In this document: one piece after another, positions 10,429 to 17,274 of the stretch | How positions within the stretch are numbered: the stretch's first letter is position 1 | How the letters are laid out: each line of letters starts with the position of its first letter | IMG/VR virus record: IMGVR_UViG_3300037797_000034 | Location: 1 to 43,832 of that record | Length of the DNA stretch: 43,832 nt | From: a virus | Lineage: Duplodnaviria > Caudoviricetes | Direction: 5' to 3' (one strand) | Program-made: the position numbers and the translations under genes | The notes under the pieces: generated by a model | The model's database searches: none | Told to the model about the DNA's origin: nothing | Seen by the model: only the letters and a program-made list of their open reading frames with translations

Positions 10429-10647
10429 CTAAGCGGCGCCGCCGGGATGGTCTGTCATCTCTGGGATCGGCCGGGGTTCCATGGCTACGACTATCGCGTA
10501 GATCATGCGCGGACCTTCGCCGGCACTGAGGGCCCAACATACAAGATCGTCCCAATCCAGTCGGTCATCCGTGGCAACGAGGTCGTAAACAAGCTGCCAG
10601 GCGCCGCGCGACCATGGCGTTACGACGGCCAGCTTTTCGGGTGTCAC
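10429..10647 (-). CDS. Hypothetical protein
   Basis: GTGA coupling to the upstream minus-strand gene. Confidence 0.5.
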   Translation of the reverse strand: MTPEKLAVVTPWSRGAWQLVYDLVATDDRLDWDDLVCWALSAGEGPRMIYAIVVAMEPRPIPEMTDHPGGAA

Positions 10648-10955
10648 GTCGCCCACTCCTCCCGCCAGCCCGGCCGCCCGGCGAACGGCTGGGCATGTTG
10701 GCGCACGTTCCATTCCATCGCCATCCGGTATGCCGTGGCAGTCTCCGGCGTCCATCCTTCCGGCGTCTCGCGGAGCGTCGCTGCCCATTGCTCGTAGTGG
10801 TCCAGGATGGCCCGCTTCGCCGCCACCTCGGCCAGCATGCGCGGCGCCAACGGCTCGCCATTCAGCAGTTGCACTACGTCACGAGCGGCGACCATCTGCC
10901 AGGCCCACTCGTCCACGTCGAGCTGCTGCCGCAGCCACGCCACCAACTCATCCAC
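10644..10955 (-). CDS. DUF6221-like protein
   Basis: LVAWLRQQLD...LAEVAAKRAIL...PGWREEW pattern. Confidence 0.7.
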   Translation of the reverse strand: MDELVAWLRQQLDVDEWAWQMVAARDVVQLLNGEPLAPRMLAEVAAKRAILDHYEQWAATLRETPEGWTPETATAYRMAMEWNVRQHAQPFAGRPGWREEWAT

Positions 10956-11190
10956 GTGCCAGCCTCCGTCTCGCGTCGTCGTACTCGCCGAGCTCGCGGG
11001 TCAACTCGTCCCGGAAATCCTGCAGCACCACGATAAGGTCACCGAGCAGCCGACACGCCCGCTCGTTCGCGCGGCGCGTCTCGAACCGTGGCCGCGCCGG
11101 GTCACGTTTGTTCCATTCCCGTACAGCATCCTGAATCTTCGCCGCTAGCGTGTGCGCTGTCGGCGGCAGTAATCTCTCCATCGCGGCCAT
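10948..11190 (-). CDS. Hypothetical protein
   Basis: RBS; overlapping minus-strand operon. Confidence 0.55.
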   Translation of the reverse strand: MAAMERLLPPTAHTLAAKIQDAVREWNKRDPARPRFETRRANERACRLLGDLIVVLQDFRDELTRELGEYDDARRRLARG

Positions 11191-11215
11191 CCCTTCTAGG
11201 TTGTGTGGCCGTACA

Positions 11216-11245
11216 GCCCGCCCCGCTCTAACCAGCGGGGCGGGC
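11216..11245. terminator. Hairpin (12-bp stem), possible terminator
   Basis: GCCCGCCCCGCT/AGCGGGGCGGGC, intergenic. Confidence 0.45.
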
Positions 11246-11246
11246 G

Positions 11247-11459
11247 CTATTCGTTTGTCTGGACCTGCTTCTCCCGGTCCTGCGCCACCCCGGCCATCAT
11301 CGCGTCGGCCAACGCCAGCACCGCCTCACGTGTCGACGTCGGCATGTACCTGACCTCCTGCCGCAGCAGCCGCAGCGACATGGCCCGGCCCTCCAACCAG
11401 CCGTCACGCCACTGCTCGCGGGCCAACTCGGTCGCCATCTCACGCGTCCAGGCGGTCAT
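11247..11459 (-). CDS. Hypothetical protein
   Basis: ATGA coupling with the GT2 stop. Confidence 0.55.
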   Translation of the reverse strand: MTAWTREMATELAREQWRDGWLEGRAMSLRLLRQEVRYMPTSTREAVLALADAMMAGVAQDREKQVQTNE

Positions 11460-12598
11460 GCTCGCGCCCCTTCCAGGCGGTAACGGCCGCGCTCCCTGCG
11501 GTGCTTGCCGCGCACGAACAGCAGGCTCACACCCAGCGTGAATACCGCCTTACGGCGCCGCGACATCGGCGTGATCTGCTTGGCGTAGCCGTGCCGGCCC
11601 GTCCACGACGCCCAGTGCTTACCCAGCACCCACTCGCGGAACATCGCGGCTATGTACAGCCACCGGTTGTAGGTGTTCATCACCAGCCACGGCACCAGGC
11701 CCATCGCGGCCTGCCGCAACCCGACCACGGTGGCCACCAGCGTCAGGTTGACCACCATGTGCACACCCAGCCATGCGACCCATCCGGCGACCAGCGGCGC
11801 ACCGGTCCCGGTGATGAGCCAGAACGCCAGCAGCCCATAGAACGCGAACAGCGACACCAAGTCGAACAGTGCCGTGCCGACCACTAGCAGCGATCGCCAC
11901 GACACCAACTGCCGCCGGTACTTCGCCATCGTCTGGAAGTAGCCCGCAGCCCAGCGCCGCATCTGATCCCGGTATTCGCGGAACGTCACCGGGTCTTGGG
12001 TCAGCGCCACCGCCTTGGGCGTATAGCCGACCTTGTAGCCGTCCTTGTGCAGCGCCCACGTGGCGTCCATGTCGGCTGAGATCAGCCCGTTCGGGAACCC
12101 GCCGACGTTGCGGATCGCTTCGGTGCGGAACGCGTACGCCGCGCCGGTCAACACCTGCATACGCCCAACCTTGGCCTGGCAGAGCCGCCACCAGCGCCGG
12201 CCCATCGCGTAGGAGAATCGGCGCGCCCGGATCAGAAAGCCGCGCTCCTGGCGGGGCAGGATCGTCGCGCACGTTGCGTCGAACCCGGCCTCGAGGTCGG
12301 CCATCATCAACTGGATGCAGTCGGGGGTCGGCAGGGTGTCCCCGTCGAAGCCGACGACCGCGTCGGTGTTGATGAGCGGGAGCGCGGCGTTCTGGTTCGA
12401 CGCCTTGTCCCGGAACTCGGTTTCGATGACGGCAGCCCCGGCACGTCGCGCGTGCTCGACGGTGTCGTCGGTGCATGAGTCAGCCACGACGATGACCTGC
12501 TCGACTGGGTACGGCTGGTCGAAGCAGGCCCGCACCGTCTCGGCGATCGCCGGCCCCTCGTTGTGCGCCGGGATGAGAACGGTCGCGGTCAACATCAC
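11456..12598 (-). CDS. Membrane GT2 glycosyltransferase (processive, cellulose synthase/PgaC-like)
   Basis: IPAHNE, DGD, QMRRW motifs; C-terminal TM helices. Confidence 0.9.
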   Translation of the reverse strand: MMLTATVLIPAHNEGPAIAETVRACFDQPYPVEQVIVVADSCTDDTVEHARRAGAAVIETEFRDKASNQNAALPLINTDAVVGFDGDTLPTPDCIQLMMADLEAGFDATCATILPRQERGFLIRARRFSYAMGRRWWRLCQAKVGRMQVLTGAAYAFRTEAIRNVGGFPNGLISADMDATWALHKDGYKVGYTPKAVALTQDPVTFREYRDQMRRWAAGYFQTMAKYRRQLVSWRSLLVVGTALFDLVSLFAFYGLLAFWLITGTGAPLVAGWVAWLGVHMVVNLTLVATVVGLRQAAMGLVPWLVMNTYNRWLYIAAMFREWVLGKHWASWTGRHGYAKQITPMSRRRKAVFTLGVSLLFVRGKHRRERGRYRLEGARA

Positions 12599-12702
12599 GA
12601 CCGGCCGAGCCAGCGCAGGACCGCGCCCGCGCCGCTGATGATGAGCGCGACGGCGGTCAGCAGTAGGACACCGGCGCCGGTGTGCGGGAGTTCGTTGTAC
12701 AT
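12595..12702 (-). CDS. 35-aa peptide resembling a sortase sorting signal (LPHTG + TM + basic tail)
   Basis: GAAGGA RBS; MYNELPHTGAGVLLLTAVALIISGAGAVLRWLGRS; stop overlaps the GT2 start. Confidence 0.65.
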   Translation of the reverse strand: MYNELPHTGAGVLLLTAVALIISGAGAVLRWLGRS

Positions 12703-12783
12703 AATGGGGTTCCTTCCCTCGGTTCCCTCGGTATGGTTTTGCCTGCCGCCGAACCCCCGAGGGCGAAGCCCGGCGGCAGGGGT

Positions 12784-13725
12784 CTATAGCGAGTCCGCGA
12801 CGCGCCGCAGGGCGCGGTCGCTGCTCCGTGCGTAGATTCGGGTGGTCTCAGGCTTGGCGTGGCCGAGGAAGTCCTGCACGGCGGCCAGGTCGCCGGTCTC
12901 GTCCAGCGCGGTGGTGGCCGCCCGGTGCCGTAGCTGGTGCGGCGTGGTGCCGTCGCCGAGCGCCGCGGAGATGAGCGACGACACCCAGGTCGGGGTCATC
13001 CCGCCGCGCTTGCCGGGGAACACGAACACGGCCGGGTCGCCGAGCCCGTACCGGAAGCCTGAGCCGAGGTGCCCGGTGGCGCGGCGCTCCTGCTCGGCGG
13101 TCAGTGCGGCCAACAGCCGGGGTGCGATACCCACCCGCCGCTCGGTGTCGCGCTTGCCGCGGATGATCAGCCAGTCACCGTCGATGCTGTCCCACCGCAG
13201 CCCGGCGATCTCATGCACCCGCAACCCGCCCTGCGCCGCCAGCAGCAGCATCAACGTCAGCCGGTCGTCCGCCCCGTCGAGGGCGGCCAGCAGCACCGCA
13301 TCAGAGGCCGGGCGTGGCAGCCGCCGCGGAACCGTGATCGGATCCAGCTTCTCCGCCGGGTTCCGCTTGGCACGCCCGGCCTTGACCGCCCAGGCGTAGA
13401 AGCTCCTGACCGCGCCGCGGGCCGACTTGCGGGACTCGGCGTTCCAGTCCTGCCCGCCGAGCCACGCCTCGAGCTGGTCCAGGCTCAGCTTGAACGGGTT
13501 GCGCTGTGGGTACGCCTCGGCGAGTTTACGTAGCTGCCAGCGGCGCTGCCGGATGGTGGTCGGTGATTTGCTGACTCGTAGTGAGGTGGTCCAGCCGTCG
13601 ATGGCTGCCGCCCATGTTTCGGTGTGGTCGTGCCCGAACACTGCGCCCCCCTCGGCGCTCTTCGACCCAGGGGCGTGACCATACTCTTGACCTTGGATTG
13701 TTGGAAGCGGTTCGACGGAAGTCAT
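12784..13725 (-). CDS. int: Tyrosine integrase lacking an arm-binding domain
   Basis: GLRVHE, HQLRH, LGH..ETTRIY catalytic residues. Confidence 0.92.
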   Translation of the reverse strand: MTSVEPLPTIQGQEYGHAPGSKSAEGGAVFGHDHTETWAAAIDGWTTSLRVSKSPTTIRQRRWQLRKLAEAYPQRNPFKLSLDQLEAWLGGQDWNAESRKSARGAVRSFYAWAVKAGRAKRNPAEKLDPITVPRRLPRPASDAVLLAALDGADDRLTLMLLLAAQGGLRVHEIAGLRWDSIDGDWLIIRGKRDTERRVGIAPRLLAALTAEQERRATGHLGSGFRYGLGDPAVFVFPGKRGGMTPTWVSSLISAALGDGTTPHQLRHRAATTALDETGDLAAVQDFLGHAKPETTRIYARSSDRALRRVADSL

Positions 13726-14111
13726 GACGATCGCCGTTCACGCGATGGAGCTATGCCAAGTTCGGCTTCAAGTTCGGTAATCCGCGCCTGCATGGTGGCA
13801 CGCTCCCAATCATCAAGCGTGGCGAGTCGCTTGCGTCGGGGCAGTTCGATGCGACCGGGTTTGGCCGCTTGAGCAAACAACCAAAACACTCCGGCCACGG
13901 CACCGATCACGATGAACAGTTGCCACGCCAGGAACGTCACGCCGCCAGCCATGAGCGGGATGACGACCAGCAGCAGGTTGGTTTCCAAGGGCTCGTCAAG
14001 TTGGTCTCGCCACACGAATCGGGCTCCGAACCAAGCTGCCGTCACAGCGAAGATTCCACTGATGACCCAATAGAACGGGCCGAGCACATCAGGCAACCAA
14101 GCAAAGCTCAT
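13722..14111 (-). CDS. Membrane protein between repressor and integrase
   Basis: 2-3 TM segments; ATGA coupling on both sides. Confidence 0.7.
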   Translation of the reverse strand: MSFAWLPDVLGPFYWVISGIFAVTAAWFGARFVWRDQLDEPLETNLLLVVIPLMAGGVTFLAWQLFIVIGAVAGVFWLFAQAAKPGRIELPRRKRLATLDDWERATMQARITELEAELGIAPSRERRSS

Positions 14112-14500
14112 GACGCCATCCTCAGAACTAATGCGAGCGCGGGGGTGAGCGGAATGCGCTTGCGGAGCCGGGTGATCTCGTTCTCGACCGGGGTGTGACC
14201 GGGAGTCGCGGGTTGGCTTGGTATACCAGCAGGTCTACGCTGGTGAACCGTAATACCGGGCTGACCTGCGGGTTCGTTGCCCATCAACCACTCCAGCGGC
14301 ACGCCGGTTCGCAGCGCCCAGAGGCGCAGGTCCGACCGGCGCGGCCGGTTGTGGTCGTTGCACCACCGGCTGATCGTCCCACGCGAGACGCCTAGCTCGT
14401 CGGCCATCTCCTGCACGGACACGCCGGCGTGGGCCAGTGAGCGTTGCAGCTTCCACCCGAGGGTCCACTCGGGTACGAGCTGTTCGACAATCTGACTCAT
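14108..14500 (-). CDS. Immunity repressor (XRE HTH)
   Basis: EMADELGVSRGTISRW HTH; WALRTGVPLEWL; divergent from the cro-like gene. Confidence 0.85.
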   Translation of the reverse strand: MSQIVEQLVPEWTLGWKLQRSLAHAGVSVQEMADELGVSRGTISRWCNDHNRPRRSDLRLWALRTGVPLEWLMGNEPAGQPGITVHQRRPAGIPSQPATPGHTPVENEITRLRKRIPLTPALALVLRMAS

Positions 14501-14625
14501 GACGCCAGTCTGCCTGACATGTCGCACGTGCGTCAATAGGTAGTGCTTGGTCAACATCGCAGACCCGCAGAATCTCTGAGCCTCGCATCCTTGACGCATG
14601 TGTGACATTGTGCGACAGTGACGCT
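14501..14625. promoter_or_regulatory. Divergent promoters/operators (lysis-lysogeny switch)
   Basis: TTGACG-17bp-GACAGT 6 nt before GTG 14626; TTGACG-18bp-CAGACT 6 nt before ATG 14500 (minus strand); shared 18-bp motif TTGACGCAYGTGYGACAT. Confidence 0.7.
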
Positions 14626-14823
14626 GTGAGCGCAACTGCACGACTCCTGAGCACCGGCCAAGTCGCCGAACGGCTCGGCCTGCACATCCGCAAGATCCAG
14701 CGCATGGCCGAGAACGGCGAACTGCCGTACGTCGAGAAGCTGCCCGGCCACAACGGTCGGTACGTCTTCGACGCTGCCCTCATCGACGTGCTCGCCCGCC
14801 AGCAACAGCGGGAGGCGTCGTGA
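14626..14823 (+). CDS. Cro/excisionase-like HTH (HTH_17/MerR type)
   Basis: LLSTGQVAERLG...IQRMAENGELP. Confidence 0.82.
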   Translation: MSATARLLSTGQVAERLGLHIRKIQRMAENGELPYVEKLPGHNGRYVFDAALIDVLARQQQREAS

Positions 14824-14826
14824 CGT

Positions 14827-15218
14827 GGCAGTCAGGGCACGGAAGGGCTGGGTCCGTCAGGTCTCGGCTGGGCGCTGCGTTTCGTGGCAAGGCCGGTCTT
14901 GGCAGTCACGGCTGGTCAGGTCGGCGCGGGTCGAGTCTCGGCAAGGCCCGGCCTGGCCGGGCAGGTTCGGCGCGGCAGTTCCCGTCAGGGCTAGTCAAGG
15001 CGTCGCACGGCGCGGTTTGTCCGGGCAGGCGTGGCCGGGTTTGGCAGCGCGTGTCTCGGCAAGGCCGGGTCCGGCAGGGCAGGCCGGGTCGGGCTTGTCT
15101 TGGCCGGGCTGGGCTTGTCGTGGTCGATCGAGGCGGTGCGAGGTCTGGCAGGCCAGGCACGGCCAGGTTTGGCTCGTTCGGGTGTGTCAGTGCACGTCTA
15201 GGCGCGGCCGGGCTGGCC
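14827..15218 (+). ncRNA. Pentamer (NN+GGY-like) array 1: six putative guide units
   Basis: Strict 5-nt period; units of 14, 11, 12, 10, 13 and 12-13 pentamers separated by GGC-A-GTC/GGY. Confidence 0.8.
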
Positions 15219-15230
15219 TGAAGTAACAGC

Positions 15231-15255
15231 GGCCCCGCTCACACGGAGCGGGGCC
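15231..15255 (+). other. 10-bp stem hairpin closing array 1
   Basis: GGCCCCGCTC-ACACG-GAGCGGGGCC. Confidence 0.7.
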
Positions 15256-15281
15256 ACCAACCAAGAAAGAGGGTAACAGCA

Positions 15282-15911
15282 ATGGCAGCACCGAAGAAGC
15301 AGGACGAGGGCCAGATCGAGATCAGCCGCATCCCGGCTGAGAGCCTTCGCATCCCCATCGTGGGGACCACTCCGCTGATCGTTCACAGATTTTCGGAGAA
15401 GGCCAAGCGCCAGATGCTCGACAACATGCAAGGCCGCAAGTCGCCGAAGGAGCCGAAGAACCCCGAGGCCGAGTACGAGGCCGCGTTCTACCGGCTCAAG
15501 GACGGGTCGCCCGGCTTCCCGGTCATCGCGTTCAAGGCGGCCACGGTCGGAGCTGCCCGGTTCTACGGGAATCTCACGATGACCTCGCTCAAACAGTCCA
15601 TCTTCTTTGCCGGCGAGGTCGGCGACGACGGACGGATGCTGACCGCGATCCACGGCGAACCTCGCATGCGTGAGGACGTGGTGACGGTCAACCGGTCCGG
15701 TTCGGACCTGCGTTACCGGCCCGAGTTCCCCGAGTGGAGTGCCGTTCTCGAGGTCACGTTCGTCAAGTCGCTCCTGACCCGCAACTCGGTGCTGTCGCTG
15801 CTGGACGCGGGCGGCATGGGTGTCGGGGTCGGCGAGTGGCGTCCCGAACGTGACGGCGACTTCGGCCAATTCAAGATCGACGAGACCAAGGATATCGAGG
15901 TCATCGGATGA
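15282..15911 (+). CDS. Cas7/RAMP-like protein, putative effector of the pentamer arrays
   Basis: IVGTTPLIVH first strand, FPVIAFKAA helix, YRPEF..W strand, C-terminal Gly-rich loop GVGVGEWRPERDGDFGQF. Confidence 0.72.
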   Translation: MAAPKKQDEGQIEISRIPAESLRIPIVGTTPLIVHRFSEKAKRQMLDNMQGRKSPKEPKNPEAEYEAAFYRLKDGSPGFPVIAFKAATVGAARFYGNLTMTSLKQSIFFAGEVGDDGRMLTAIHGEPRMREDVVTVNRSGSDLRYRPEFPEWSAVLEVTFVKSLLTRNSVLSLLDAGGMGVGVGEWRPERDGDFGQFKIDETKDIEVIG

Positions 15912-15915
15912 GCAT

Positions 15916-16320
15916 GGCAGGCGCGGCTCGTTTGGGCATGTTCGGTCTAGGCACGGCTCGTTGTACATGGTCCGGCAAGGCAGGCATGGTCCGTCCTGGT
16001 CGGGCGCGGCGAGTCGCGTTTCGTCGCGGCCTGTTCGGGCACGGTCGGGCAGGTACGGCATGGCTCGGCCCGGCTTTGCGGGTCGTGTCCGGTTCTGGTG
16101 TGGCGCGGCAGTCGCGGCCAGTCATGTCCTGGCGGGTCCAGGCACTGCGAGTCATGTCCTGGCACGGTACGGCAGTCGAGGCAGGGCTCGTCGGGGCCAG
16201 TCTCGGCGCGTCACGGCATGTTCAGACTCGGCTAGGTTCGGCATGGCAGGCGAGGCCAGGCTCGGCACGTCTAGGCCTGTCAGGTCCCGTCCAGGCCCGG
16301 CTCGGTCAGGCAGGTGCGGC
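15916..16320 (+). ncRNA. Pentamer array 2: six putative guide units
   Basis: Units of ~12 (one 4-nt step), 13, 11, 12, 14 and 12 pentamers; same linkers. Confidence 0.8.
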
Positions 16321-16734
16321 ATGAGCCTGCGCGACCAACTGCAAGCGGTGTACGACGCCCACGGTCAGCTCACACCAAAGCTGATCGTGGACGTCGCCCG
16401 CGACGAGACGCACCCGCTGCACTCCCGCTTCGAGTGGGACGACACGGTGGCGGCTGAGCGATACCGCCAGGACCAAGCGCGTGACCTGATCCGGAAAGTC
16501 CGCGTGGTGTACCGCGAAGGCGACGAGAAGAACCCGCCGCAAACCATCCGCGCCTACCACTCCGTGCCCGACGGCGACGGCTACGCCTACCGCTCCACAG
16601 ACGAGATCGTCCACGACCCGCTCCTGACAAAGATGCTGCTCGCCCAGATGGAGCGCGACTGGAAAGACCTGCACCGCCGCTGGTCACACATGGGCGAGTT
16701 CATCGAAATGGTGCGAAAGGACGTGGCGGCATGA
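16321..16734 (+). CDS. Hypothetical protein, partner of the RAMP-like gene (137 aa)
   Basis: LTPKLIVDVARDETHPLHSRFEWDD...QARDLIR; flanked by arrays on both sides. Confidence 0.8.
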   Translation: MSLRDQLQAVYDAHGQLTPKLIVDVARDETHPLHSRFEWDDTVAAERYRQDQARDLIRKVRVVYREGDEKNPPQTIRAYHSVPDGDGYAYRSTDEIVHDPLLTKMLLAQMERDWKDLHRRWSHMGEFIEMVRKDVAA

Positions 16735-16737
16735 CAT

Positions 16738-16801
16738 GGCAGTCGGGGTTTGGCGGGGCTGGTCGGGGCCGGGTCCGGTTTGGCATGGCGGGGCCTGTCC
16801 A
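16738..16801 (+). ncRNA. Pentamer array 3: single unit
   Basis: GGCAGTC linker plus 11 pentamers. Confidence 0.75.
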
Positions 16802-16802
16802 G

Positions 16803-16916
16803 ATGTCCAAGAACGGCTCCAAGGAACCCGAGCCCATCGACGGCAAACCGCATCCACGCCCGCCGCCGTCCAAGCCACTCCCGCCGCCGCAGAAACCGAC
16901 AGGGAAGCAGATATGA
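16803..16916 (+). CDS. Small Pro-rich peptide
   Basis: MSKNGSKEPEPIDGKPHPRPPP...; ATGA coupling to the next ORF. Confidence 0.5.
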   Translation: MSKNGSKEPEPIDGKPHPRPPPSKPLPPPQKPTGKQI

Positions 16917-17005
16917 GCCGCCGCCCGTTCGCGCCGCTGGCCGTGGCCGCCGTGCTCGCCGCGCAACTGCTCGCCTGGCTGACCGGCTGGAACTGGCCGG
17001 CCTGA
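16913..17005 (+). CDS. Small membrane peptide
   Basis: ATGA coupling; hydrophobic. Confidence 0.5.
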   Translation: MSRRPFAPLAVAAVLAAQLLAWLTGWNWPA

Positions 17006-17025
17006 CAACCAAGAAGGGGGGAACC

Positions 17026-17274
17026 ATGCCGCGCCAACACATGCAGGCCCAGATCGCCGAACACATCGCGCTGGCCCGCGCCGACCGGTGGGACGGCACC
17101 GACCTGCAGATCGCCGCCGGCATCGTCCGCCAGGTCATCGACCCGTTCCTGGCCGCGAGTGATGTGCAGCGCGAATTGGCGGCGGTGCGCGCGGCGGCGG
17201 CCCGTGAGCGTGAGGGGTTCCTGTTCGAGATCGCCGCGCTGCGGGCACGGCTCGCCGGGCGGGTGACGGCATGA
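17026..17274 (+). CDS. Hypothetical protein
   Basis: AAGGGGG RBS. Confidence 0.6.
   Translation: MPRQHMQAQIAEHIALARADRWDGTDLQIAAGIVRQVIDPFLAASDVQRELAAVRAAAAREREGFLFEIAALRARLAGRVTA

Noticed and set aside
12690-12720. dif-like site (ATTATGT on the minus strand)
   Set aside because: No XerC arm; coincides with the start codon of the LPxTG peptide
12742-12780. Hairpin after the integrase stop as a riboswitch
   Set aside because: Simple 10-bp stem; no aptamer consensus recognised
13660-13720. tRNA fragment/attP (GGTTCGA) near the integrase start
   Set aside because: No T-stem pairing or acceptor stem
14820-16324. Arg/Gly-rich ORFs over the arrays (14820-15221, 14825-15226, 15908-16324, N-terminal extension 15820-16320) as functional proteins
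   Set aside because: Their sequence is dictated by the 5-nt repeat period, and several frames are open at once
14827-16801. Classical CRISPR array or simple microsatellite
   Set aside because: No identical 25-40 bp repeats or contiguous spacers; the NN positions are information-rich rather than slippage copies
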